A DNA stretch of 64,000 nucleotides from positions 63,347 through 127,346 of the forward strand of contig DAOMZR010000001.1 of assembly GCA_035400585.1 (NCBI GenBank). Reading direction: 5' to 3'. Positions 55,051 to 63,675 of this stretch are shown piece by piece (position 1 is the stretch's first letter; every line of letters begins with the position of its first letter). The DNA is from a bacterium. Lineage in GTDB: Bacteria; Patescibacteriota; Patescibacteriia; Patescibacteriales; UBA12465. A program made the position numbers and the translations under genes. The notes below the pieces were generated by a model that saw nothing but the letters and a program-made list of their open reading frames with translations, ran no database searches and had not been told where the DNA came from.

Positions 55051-56175
55051 ATGAAGAAAATAAAAACAATCAAAACAAAACATGGAGTGTTAAAGTTGCC
55101 ATTTTTTATGCCAGACGCTACCAGAGGCTTTCTTAAGACCTGTAATAATAAGGAAATTATTGAAACTGGCATTGAGTCTATGGTGGTAAATACTTTTCAT
55201 CTTTATCTTCAGCCGGGCTTAAAAGTTATTAAAAAAGCTGGTGGTATTCATAATTTTATGAATTGGCAAAAACCATTAGTTTCTGATAGTGGTGGTTTCC
55301 AGATTTTTTCTTTAATCCACAAGAACAAAGAGATGGGCAAAATAAATGATGATGGTGCATTTTTTAAATCTCCACTTGATGGCTCTAGGCACGAAATAAC
55401 TCCCGAAAAATCAATCCAAATTCAATTTGAGCTCGGTACCGATTTTATGGTTTGTTTAGATGATTGTCCGCCTTATGTGTTTACGGAAAAAAATATTGAA
55501 GATTCGGTTGAAAGGACTTTGAAGTGGGCCAGAAGATGCCGAATCGAATATATTAAACAAATTAAAAAAAGAAAAATAAAGGAAGAAGACAGGCCAAAAC
55601 TTATTGCCGTTATACAAGGTGGTTTAAGCAAGGAATTTCGAAAAAAATGTCTCGATGGCCTTCTGCAGATAGAAAAAGAAATTGTTTTGGGAGAGATAAT
55701 TCCTTTTGCTGGTTATGGTTTTGGCGGCCGACCCGTTGATGATAGTGGTAAGTTTTTGTATAACATTTTGGATTATACAGCCAAACTTATTCCTGACGAT
55801 AGATTAAAGTTTGCCTTAGGAATAGGATCACCACTAGATATTGTTCGTTGTTATAAAATGGGATGGAATATGTTTGATTGTGTTATTCCTACTAGAGAGG
55901 GAAGACACGGTAAGCTTTACCAATTTGCTAGCGAAAAAATCACAAATCTTAAGAATTTTTATAAAGAAGTTAATATTAAAAATAGTAAAAATTTATTGAA
56001 TTTTAAAAAAATAAGTAAAAATTCAAAAATAGATGATTTAAAAAGCCTTTCGGTTGCTTATCTGTATCATTTATTTAAATTAAATGAAGCGTTGGGACAT
56101 AAATTGGCCAGTTTGAATAACCTGGAGTTTTATGCTAATTTAATTAATAAACTGAGACAAAAGCAACAAAACTAA
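55051..56175 (+). CDS. tgt: tRNA-guanine transglycosylase family protein (canonical zinc-site cysteines absent)
   Basis: FFMPDATRG, VVNTFHLYLQPG, LVSDSGGFQIFSL, LGIGSPLDIV, MFDCVIPTREGRHG. Confidence 0.8.
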   Translation: MKKIKTIKTKHGVLKLPFFMPDATRGFLKTCNNKEIIETGIESMVVNTFHLYLQPGLKVIKKAGGIHNFMNWQKPLVSDSGGFQIFSLIHKNKEMGKINDDGAFFKSPLDGSRHEITPEKSIQIQFELGTDFMVCLDDCPPYVFTEKNIEDSVERTLKWARRCRIEYIKQIKKRKIKEEDRPKLIAVIQGGLSKEFRKKCLDGLLQIEKEIVLGEIIPFAGYGFGGRPVDDSGKFLYNILDYTAKLIPDDRLKFALGIGSPLDIVRCYKMGWNMFDCVIPTREGRHGKLYQFASEKITNLKNFYKEVNIKNSKNLLNFKKISKNSKIDDLKSLSVAYLYHLFKLNEALGHKLASLNNLEFYANLINKLRQKQQN

Positions 56176-56221
56176 ATATTGAAAAATACAAAATGAGCCA
56201 GTTTTTATCTGGTCTTTTTGT

Positions 56222-56249
56222 TTGAATTAGTTGTGTTTTGTGTTATAAT
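56222..56249 (+). promoter_or_regulatory. Candidate promoter for cysS-dus (TTGAAT, 16-nt spacer ending in TGt, TATAAT)
   Basis: TTGAAT at 56222-56227. The extended -10 TGtTATAAT ends at 56249. Confidence 0.45.
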
Positions 56250-56272
56250 TTTATTATAACAAAATAAATTAT

Positions 56273-57691
56273 ATGAAAAAAATTGTATTATATAATACTT
56301 TAAATAGAAAAAAGGAAGAATTTAAACCACTTAAGGCTGGTCATCTTTCTTTTTATTATTGTGGTCCAACAGTTTACTGGACTCAGCATATAGGGAACTT
56401 AAGAGGTTCAGTTTGTGCCGATTTAATTCATAGAACATTTAAATATTTGAATTATGATGTTTCTATGGTTAGAAATTATACAGACGTTGGTCACCTGACA
56501 TCAGACGAGGACAGTGGCGAGGATAAAATGGAAAAAACTGCCAAAAAGGAAAATCTTGATCCTAATCAAATAGCTGAAAAATATATAGAAATATATAATC
56601 AAGATACTAAAAAAATAAATATTTTAGATCCTAAATACAAACCACGAGCAACTGAAAATATTGAACAGATGATTGATTTTATACAAGTTTTAATGGCCAA
56701 AGGATATGCTTATTCGACTGATTTAGCTATTTATTTTGATGTTTCCAAGTTTGAAGATTACACGGCTTTGTCTAGGCAAAAATTAGAGAAAAACAAAAGT
56801 GGGGCTGGTAGTGGTGAAATTTTTGATCATAATAAAAAAAATTCAGCTGATTTTTCTTTGTGGTTTTTTAGAGCAGGGGAACATAAAAATTCTTTGCAAT
56901 ATTGGCCATCACCCTTTTATTCACCCTTGGTTGAAAATGGTTATGGTTTTCCTGGTTGGCATTTAGAATGTTCAGCTATGATAAAGAGGTATTTAGGAAG
57001 TACTATTGATATTCATATGGGCGGAATAGAGCATGTTAGTGTTCATCATACCAATGAAATAGCTCAAAGTGAGGCAGCCAATGGTGTTAAATTGGCTAAT
57101 TATTGGTTGCATAACGAACATCTTTTGGTTAATAATGGCAAAATGTCAAAATCTCAGGGAACAAGTTATAGTTTAAGCGAAATAGAAGAAAAGGGCTTTA
57201 AACCAACAGCTTTAAGATATTTTTTTCTACAATCTCATTATCGATCCAAACAAAATTTCACTTTTGAAGCTTTAAAAGCCGCTCAAAAAGGTTTGAGTAA
57301 TATAGAATCCAAAATATCTAAATTAGGGAAAGAAATCGGTGAAATTAACAATGATTTTAAAGAAAAATTTTTAGATGATTTATTGGATGATTTTAATGTT
57401 CCAAAATCTTTGTCTATTATCTCTGATATCTTAAAGTCAGAATTAAGTGATAGAGATAAATTAGCTACTATTTTTGATTTTGATCAAGTTTGGGGTTTGA
57501 ATCTAAATTTTGTTTTAAGTAAAGAAAATCAAAATGATCTCAATGAAGAAATCAAAGAATTAATTCTTAAGAGAGATGAAGCCAGAAAAAATAAAAATTT
57601 TATTGAATCTGATGAAATTAGAAAGGAAATAGAAAAACTTGGTTATAAAGTTGAGGATTCTACTGATGGTACAAAAGTTTTTAAGTTATGA
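56273..57691 (+). CDS. cysS: Cysteinyl-tRNA synthetase
   Basis: YYCGPTVYWTQHIGNLRG (HIGH-type), GWHLECSAM, and NGKMSKSQG (KMSKS). Confidence 0.95.
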   Translation: MKKIVLYNTLNRKKEEFKPLKAGHLSFYYCGPTVYWTQHIGNLRGSVCADLIHRTFKYLNYDVSMVRNYTDVGHLTSDEDSGEDKMEKTAKKENLDPNQIAEKYIEIYNQDTKKINILDPKYKPRATENIEQMIDFIQVLMAKGYAYSTDLAIYFDVSKFEDYTALSRQKLEKNKSGAGSGEIFDHNKKNSADFSLWFFRAGEHKNSLQYWPSPFYSPLVENGYGFPGWHLECSAMIKRYLGSTIDIHMGGIEHVSVHHTNEIAQSEAANGVKLANYWLHNEHLLVNNGKMSKSQGTSYSLSEIEEKGFKPTALRYFFLQSHYRSKQNFTFEALKAAQKGLSNIESKISKLGKEIGEINNDFKEKFLDDLLDDFNVPKSLSIISDILKSELSDRDKLATIFDFDQVWGLNLNFVLSKENQNDLNEEIKELILKRDEARKNKNFIESDEIRKEIEKLGYKVEDSTDGTKVFKL

Positions 57692-58635
57692 TTAATTTTT
57701 GGGAAAAAATAAAAAAAAATAAAAAAGGAAAACCGATTTTAGCACTAGCTCCTTTAGCTGGTTATACTGATTCCTCTTTTCGGTCTATTTGTAAAGATTT
57801 TGGAGCTGATGTTTTGTACAGTGAAATGGCCTCTGTTTCAGCTATACATTATAAATCGGATAAAACTTTAGATTTGTTGAAGTTTTCTAAAAAAGAAAGA
57901 CCATACGTTGTACAGCTTTTTGGATCTGATAAAAATCATTTTATTGAAGCAATTAAAGTAATTGAAAAAGAAATTAATCCGGATGGTTTTGATATTAATT
58001 TTGGTTGTCCGGTTAAAAAGGTTTTAAAACAAGGAGCGGGGTCAAAATTAATGTCCAATTTAAAATTATCAAGAGAGATAATCGAGGCTGTTTTAAATAC
58101 TACCACCAAACCACTCTCGATCAAGGTTAGAACTCAAGCCTTTTCTGTTGGCTTAATAGACTTTTTGAAAAATATCCAAGATTTGCCAATATCAGCTTTG
58201 ATGATTCATGGAAGAACGTTGAAGCAATTGTTTTCTGGACCCATAGATTTAAAAATAATTAAAGAAAGTAAAAAATATTTTAAAGGATTAATTTTAGCTA
58301 ATGGTGGAATAGAAAATTATCAAGACATTGAAAAAATAATTAGCAGAACCGGTGTTGATGGTGTTGGTATTGGTCGTGGAGCTTTAGGTTTTCCTTGGAT
58401 TTTTTCTGAAGATTTTAAAAATTTATCTAAAATAGATAGAAAAGAAATGGTTAAAAAGATAGCTTTAAAACATTTAAAGCTACATTCTAAGAATAAAGGT
58501 CACTTAGGATTAGGTGAATTAAAAGGTCATTTAGTTTGGTATTTTAAGGGTTTTAATGGAGCCTCAAAATTAAGGACCATGATTATGTCATCTCAAAATT
58601 ATCAAGAAATAGAAAATATTTTGTTAAAATTATAA
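57688..58635 (+). CDS. tRNA-dihydrouridine synthase
   Basis: LAPLAGYTDSSFRSICKDFGADVLYSEM, DINFGCPVKKV, IHGRT. An ATGA overlap links it to cysS. Confidence 0.9.
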   Translation: MINFWEKIKKNKKGKPILALAPLAGYTDSSFRSICKDFGADVLYSEMASVSAIHYKSDKTLDLLKFSKKERPYVVQLFGSDKNHFIEAIKVIEKEINPDGFDINFGCPVKKVLKQGAGSKLMSNLKLSREIIEAVLNTTTKPLSIKVRTQAFSVGLIDFLKNIQDLPISALMIHGRTLKQLFSGPIDLKIIKESKKYFKGLILANGGIENYQDIEKIISRTGVDGVGIGRGALGFPWIFSEDFKNLSKIDRKEMVKKIALKHLKLHSKNKGHLGLGELKGHLVWYFKGFNGASKLRTMIMSSQNYQEIENILLKL

Positions 58636-58699
58636 ATTTTTAGAACTCATTAAATTTAAAATAAATTTGTTGTTGTTTTAAGTTGTAAATATAATTTAG

Positions 58700-60202
58700 A
58701 TGCAACATTATATAAAAAACATGAATAATAAAATTTTAAAACACTTTGTATTTTGCTTATCGTTATTTTTCTTATCTTTTTTATTTTTTTCCGATGTTGA
58801 AGCTTCAAGTTTATCCTCGCGTTTATCGGGTAGGATACTTTTGCAGGTTGAAAGCAAGGGTGAGGCATATTATGTAAACCCAACTGACTTAAAAAGATAT
58901 TATCTTGGAAGACCGGATGATGCTTTTAAAATAATGCGTTCTTTTGGTTTGGGGGCTACCAATGTTGATATTAATAACTTTTTAAAGAATGGTGCTAGAG
59001 CTAATTTATCCGGCAAAATTCTTCTTCAGGTCCAAGACAAAGGGCAAGCCTATTATGTAAACCCCTTGAATCTAAGACTTTATTATCTAGGTAGGCCGGC
59101 TGATGCTTTTTCAGTAATGCGTCAATTAGGACTAGGAATTAAAAACTATGACTTAAGCCTAATTCCAGTTGGTGATTTGGGAGTTGTTAGTAACAGCTCT
59201 GGCTCAACCGTTAAACCAGGAGAAAAATTGGTTTTATTTAGTTGGAAATATAAAAACAAGCAGTATTCTTTGGAGCAAATTTTTTCTGACAATCTTTACA
59301 ATTCTTACAAAAATTCAGACAAAAACTATTATTATCCAGCTAACAACCCTCCAGAAAATTTAAGAGAGGAATATTATAATATTTTTTTAACCCAAAAAAG
59401 TGGTGACGATTCAATTGAAAAATTAATTTCTGGTTTAAGATCAATTGCTGATAAAGAAGGCTTTAGTGATGACGAGTTTGTTGAATTTGTTTTAGCTTTA
59501 GTTCAATACTTGCCGTATGATTTTTCTAAAAAATCAACTGATGCCCAAAACTTTCCTTACGAAACTTTATATACTGGAACTGGAATTTGTTCTGATACCA
59601 CCTTTCTGTCAGTTTTAATATTGAGAAAACTGGGTTACGGGGCAGCCGTTTTTGATTATCCAGATGCCAAGCATTCAGCAGCGGCTGTTCTTTGTTCTGG
59701 TAATTCATCTTATGGTTCTGGCTATTGTTTTGCGGAAACAACTAATTATTTTCCGATTGGAGTTTTTCCATCAAGTATTGGCACTGGTCAAGCAGAAGGG
59801 TCTACTTCTAGTTGGGGGTCTTTATTTTCTGGTTCTAATTTGGGACAAGTGGAAATCTTGCAAAAAACAGGAGGTAAAAGCTATTCTGGAATTTCAAATA
59901 CCATAAATAAAGTTAATTCTATAATTAAAATGCAAGAAAATCTTGTAGAAAAGGGAAACGAATTGAAATCTCTTCAGAATCAATTAAACTTAATAAAAAC
60001 ACAATTGGATCAAATATTAGCTCAAGCTGAGACCTATAAGCAGTCAAATGATTGGACTAATTATAATTTAAAAGTTGAGGAATATAACTCTAAGGCTGAG
60101 GAATATAATTCAGTTTTAGCTAATTATCGATTAAAATTAGATGTCTACAATTTTGATGTAGTGTTATTTAATCAAACGGTTAAAGATTTTTATCAGAATT
60201 AA
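58700..60202 (+). CDS. Secreted protein: two ~50-aa tandem repeats + Cys-containing globular region + C-terminal coiled coil
   Basis: The signal peptide is ...ILKHFVFCLSLFFLSFLFFSDVEAS (the start may be the internal MNNK at 58721). The repeats are GRILLQVESKGEAYYVNPTDLKRYYLGRPDDAFKIMRSFGLG and GKILLQVQDKGQAYYVNPLNLRLYYLGRPADAFSVMRQLGLG. Confidence 0.6.
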   Translation: MQHYIKNMNNKILKHFVFCLSLFFLSFLFFSDVEASSLSSRLSGRILLQVESKGEAYYVNPTDLKRYYLGRPDDAFKIMRSFGLGATNVDINNFLKNGARANLSGKILLQVQDKGQAYYVNPLNLRLYYLGRPADAFSVMRQLGLGIKNYDLSLIPVGDLGVVSNSSGSTVKPGEKLVLFSWKYKNKQYSLEQIFSDNLYNSYKNSDKNYYYPANNPPENLREEYYNIFLTQKSGDDSIEKLISGLRSIADKEGFSDDEFVEFVLALVQYLPYDFSKKSTDAQNFPYETLYTGTGICSDTTFLSVLILRKLGYGAAVFDYPDAKHSAAAVLCSGNSSYGSGYCFAETTNYFPIGVFPSSIGTGQAEGSTSSWGSLFSGSNLGQVEILQKTGGKSYSGISNTINKVNSIIKMQENLVEKGNELKSLQNQLNLIKTQLDQILAQAETYKQSNDWTNYNLKVEEYNSKAEEYNSVLANYRLKLDVYNFDVVLFNQTVKDFYQN

Positions 60203-60217
60203 TTTAGAAAATATTGT

Positions 60218-61843
60218 ATGTTTAGAAAAAATAAAAAAGCCTTCACTCTCATTGAATTACTAGTAGTGATAGCCATTATTGGTATACTAGCCACTTTGGC
60301 CGTAGTGGCTCTACAACAAGCCAGAAGCAGGGCTCGTGATTCTAAGCGTGTGGCTGATGTTAAACAAGTTCAAACAGCTCTGGAATTATTTTTTAATGAA
60401 AATGGTAGATATCCTACTAATGAAGAGTGGGATTCTGGGTCTATTCTTTCTTCTACTACAGGTGAAGTTTTTATGCACAACATTCCTTCTGCTCCAACCC
60501 CAGCTGATGGGGACTGTTTAGAAGCTTCCAATACTTATGAATATGTTCAAATAAATAATGGATCATCTTATGAAATATCTTTTTGTTTAGGAAAACAACT
60601 TTCTAATTTACCTGATGGACCAAAATGTTTAACTCCCGGAGGTATTATTTCTAGCGATTGTTCAACTGAAAGATATGTCGCACCCGAATATACCGAAATA
60701 AAATATGGAGCATTATATAATTGGTATGTTACTCAAGATGTTAGACTTATACCAGAAAATATGAAAAACAAGGGATGGGATGTTGGAACAGATGCACAAT
60801 GGATATCTCTAAGAGATTATGGTGGTGGCAGTCCTGCAGTTTCAAGAAAATTAAAAACCACAGGGACTGTTTATTGGAACAGTGACAACGGAACTGATAA
60901 TTTTAAGTTTAATTGGAAGGGTAGTGGTGTTAGAAATTTAGACGGGTCTTTTCAGTCTGTTAGAGAGTTTAGTTCTATATATGGAAAAACAAATTGGTAT
61001 GGTCTTTATTCTGGTTCCGATCAAACTTTTTATAGATATTCATACGCGACAATGTCTCCCTCTCAGGGAAGATCTATTCGTTTGGTTAGATCGGCAAATA
61101 CAGAGGAATTATCACTTGAAGATGGTTCTTACGTTGATCCTTATATCGGGAATAATGGTTATGTCTATAGAGCTGTTAAAATAGATGATAAGATATGGTT
61201 AGCAGAACATTTGGCAGAAACAAAATGGAATGATGGTAGCGATATTCCAGTGGTTACTGATAACTCGCAATGGTCTAAGGGTGGTAGATTTGATTATACT
61301 GATTGGTTTCTTCCAAGTGAAAATGAATTAGCCCTAGTTTATAACAACATCAAAAATCAAGGAATAGGATCTTGGTCTGGTGAATACTGGAGCTCTACTG
61401 AAGTAGATGCAAACAATGCTCGTAAAATTAATTTTGTTTATGGAACAGCTGGAAATTATCCCAAGGGAAGTGGTGGTATGAGTAAAAGGCCTGTTAGAAA
61501 ATTCACCTTAAGTGAGTCTAGTCCAAGTTATTCTGTTAGGGATATCGGTCCGGCCGGTGGTTGGATATTTCATGTTGTAGATAATGGTAATAATACTTGG
61601 GATTATTATGAGGTTGGGAAAAACGATGTTGTTTCTGCTTCAACTGCTTGGAGTAGCATAACGAATGTTTTGATAGGTACTACCGAGTCTTCTGTGGGTA
61701 GTGGGTTTTCTAATACTTTAGATATTATTAATCAGCATGGTGTGAGTGGCAGTAGTGCCGCTAAGAGTTGTGATGACTATTCTTATACTAGGCCAGAGGG
61801 ATTGATGTGTTATTATGGTAACAATAAAGATCTTTACGAGTAG
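60218..61843 (+). CDS. Type IV pilin-like module + FISUMP-like domain + FISUMP/DUF1566 hybrid segments
   Basis: Leader MFRKNKKA then [23 protein letters not shown] marks are YGALYNWY ... SIRLVRS. YRAVKIDDKIWLAEHL is a FISUMP start. DUF1566 marks are YTDWFLPSENELALVYNN ... YWSSTE ... RPVRKF. Confidence 0.8.
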   Translation: MFRKNKKAFTLIELLVVIAIIGILATLAVVALQQARSRARDSKRVADVKQVQTALELFFNENGRYPTNEEWDSGSILSSTTGEVFMHNIPSAPTPADGDCLEASNTYEYVQINNGSSYEISFCLGKQLSNLPDGPKCLTPGGIISSDCSTERYVAPEYTEIKYGALYNWYVTQDVRLIPENMKNKGWDVGTDAQWISLRDYGGGSPAVSRKLKTTGTVYWNSDNGTDNFKFNWKGSGVRNLDGSFQSVREFSSIYGKTNWYGLYSGSDQTFYRYSYATMSPSQGRSIRLVRSANTEELSLEDGSYVDPYIGNNGYVYRAVKIDDKIWLAEHLAETKWNDGSDIPVVTDNSQWSKGGRFDYTDWFLPSENELALVYNNIKNQGIGSWSGEYWSSTEVDANNARKINFVYGTAGNYPKGSGGMSKRPVRKFTLSESSPSYSVRDIGPAGGWIFHVVDNGNNTWDYYEVGKNDVVSASTAWSSITNVLIGTTESSVGSGFSNTLDIINQHGVSGSSAAKSCDDYSYTRPEGLMCYYGNNKDLYE

Positions 61844-61861
61844 ATAGTAATTAGATGACAA

Positions 61862-61890
61862 TTGACTTAGTTTCTAAAATAATATATAAT
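61862..61890 (+). promoter_or_regulatory. Consensus-grade promoter-like element TTGACT -17- TATAAT in the 244-nt gap before rpsB
   Basis: TTGACT at 61862-61867, an exact 17-nt spacer, and TATAAT at 61885-61890. Confidence 0.45.
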
Positions 61891-61891
61891 C

Positions 61892-61917
61892 AAAACAGGC
61901 TTAAAACGACCTGTTTT
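61892..61917 (+). terminator. Hairpin after pilin gene 60218
   Basis: AAAACAGG / CCTGTTTT form an 8-bp stem with a 10-nt loop. Confidence 0.5.
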
Positions 61918-61952
61918 GAGCATTTTTATAATTTAAAAATCATGCTTTTCCT

Positions 61953-61980
61953 AAGGATTTAGTATCCTTTGTTTTTCTTG
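61953..61980 (+). terminator. Second small hairpin plus T-rich run
   Basis: AAGGAT / ATCCTT form a 6-bp stem with loop TTAGT, followed by TGTTTTTCTTG. Confidence 0.35.
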
Positions 61981-62087
61981 TTTATATTTGGTTTTTAACC
62001 TGTTAAACAATATAATAACTGAAAAGCAGTAGGTGTTTGCTAGTATTTGACTTTATTATCAATGCTAGTAAACCAAAAAAGAAAAAT

Positions 62088-62780
62088 ATGAATATTCCAA
62101 AATTGGAAGAAATGTTAAAAGCTGGTATGCACTTTGGTCACAGAACCAATCGTTGGCATCCAAAAATGGAACCATTTATTTTTACTAAAAAGAATGGTAT
62201 CTATATTATCAACATTGAAAAAACTCAAGAGCAATTAAAAAATGCCTTAGAGTATATGATTAAGTTAAAACAAGAAGACAAAATTATTCTTTTTGTTGGA
62301 ACCAAAAAACAAGTAAAATCAAAAATGAAGGAAATGGCTGAAGCCGTTAAATCTCCTTATATTGTTGGTAAATGGTTGGGTGGGTTGTTAACTAATTTTT
62401 TTGTTATTAAAAAATCAATTAAAAAATACCAAGATTTATTAGCCGACAAAGAGAGCGGTCGTTTGGCTAAATACACCAAAAAAGAACAATTAGATTTTGA
62501 CAGAGAAACCAAAAGATTAGAAGAAAGAGTTGGTGGTTTAACAGCCTTAACTCGTTTACCAGACGCAATTTTTATTTGGGATTTAAAAGAAGAGAAAACA
62601 GCCGTAGAAGAGGCTACTGCTAAAAATATTCCAATTATTGCTGTTTGTGATACTAATGTTAACCCAGAATTAGCTAAATTTCCAATCCCAGCTAATGATG
62701 ATGCTACTAAAACTGTTACTTTGCTCTTAGATTGTATTAAAGATAATCTTTCTAATGCAAAAAATATTAAATTAAGCTAA
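62088..62780 (+). CDS. rpsB: Ribosomal protein S2
   Basis: MNIPKLEEMLKAGMHFGHRTNRWHPKM ... the ATG at 62088 is preferred over the TTG at 62037 used by the track. Confidence 0.95.
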   Translation: MNIPKLEEMLKAGMHFGHRTNRWHPKMEPFIFTKKNGIYIINIEKTQEQLKNALEYMIKLKQEDKIILFVGTKKQVKSKMKEMAEAVKSPYIVGKWLGGLLTNFFVIKKSIKKYQDLLADKESGRLAKYTKKEQLDFDRETKRLEERVGGLTALTRLPDAIFIWDLKEEKTAVEEATAKNIPIIAVCDTNVNPELAKFPIPANDDATKTVTLLLDCIKDNLSNAKNIKLS

Positions 62781-62811
62781 ATTAAATTTCTATAATTAAT
62801 TTATAAAGTAT

Positions 62812-63606
62812 ATGGAACAAATAAAGGAATTAAGAGAAAGAACTGGTGCTGGAATGGTTGATTGTAAAAAAGCCCTAGATGAAGCTGGAGGAGATATAGA
62901 TAAAGCTATTGAAATTTTGAGAAAAAAGGGAATAGCCAAGGCAGCTAAAAGAAGTGAAAGAGATGCAGCTGAAGGTATTATCGTTGTTGATGTTAATAAT
63001 GACAAAACAGAAGCTTATGCAGTGGAATTAAATTCAGAAACTGATTTTGTAGCTAGAAATGAAAAATTTCAAGAATTAGCCAAACAGATATTAGAGGTTG
63101 TTAAAAACAACAAACCAGCCTCAGAAGAAGAATTGTTAAAGGCAAAATTAAATGATTCTACAGTTGAAGAAAATATTAGTAATTTAAGCGGCGTTATTGG
63201 TGAAAAACTAGCCTTAGGTAGATTTTCTGTTATTTCTGGCCAAACAGTTGCTTCTTATTCTCATTTAGGCGGTAAAATTGGTGTTTTGGTGGCTATTGAT
63301 CAACCAGGAAAAGATGAGTTAGCTTCAGATATTGCCATGCATGTTGCCGCTGCTAATCCTCGTTATTTAAAAAGCGAAGATGTTCCTAGCGCTGAAACCG
63401 ATAAAGAAAAAGAAGTTTATAGAGAACAGTTAATTAAAGAAGGCAAACCAGAAAATATGATTGATAATATCATGCAAGGTAAAATTAAAAAGTATTATTC
63501 AGAGGTTTGTTTGCTAGATCAAGAATATATCAAAGACGACAAGAAAAAAGTCAGTGATATTTTAGCTGGTTCTTCAATTTCTAAGTTCGTTAGATTATCT
63601 TTGTAA
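62812..63606 (+). CDS. tsf: Elongation factor Ts
   Basis: IKELRERTGAGMVDCKKALDEAGGDIDKAIEILRKKG ... ETDFVARNEKF. Confidence 0.95.
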   Translation: MEQIKELRERTGAGMVDCKKALDEAGGDIDKAIEILRKKGIAKAAKRSERDAAEGIIVVDVNNDKTEAYAVELNSETDFVARNEKFQELAKQILEVVKNNKPASEEELLKAKLNDSTVEENISNLSGVIGEKLALGRFSVISGQTVASYSHLGGKIGVLVAIDQPGKDELASDIAMHVAAANPRYLKSEDVPSAETDKEKEVYREQLIKEGKPENMIDNIMQGKIKKYYSEVCLLDQEYIKDDKKKVSDILAGSSISKFVRLSL

Positions 63607-63630
63607 TTTTTTTAAAAAAATAGACTATAA

Positions 63631-63660
63631 AATAAAACGAACTTATTGTTCGTTTTATTT
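63631..63660 (+). terminator. Rho-independent terminator after tsf
   Basis: AATAAAACGAAC / GTTCGTTTTATT stem with loop TTATT. Confidence 0.8.
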
Positions 63661-63675
63661 ATATAAATATAAATT

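Noticed and set aside
62037-62087. TTG start extending rpsB by 17 codons, and similar TTG starts at 40994 and 45338
   Set aside because: The extensions (MLVFDFIINASKPKKKN...) are not S2-like. The canonical N-termini begin at the ATG codons 62088, 40997 and 45353. The start at 45338 lies inside a terminator hairpin.
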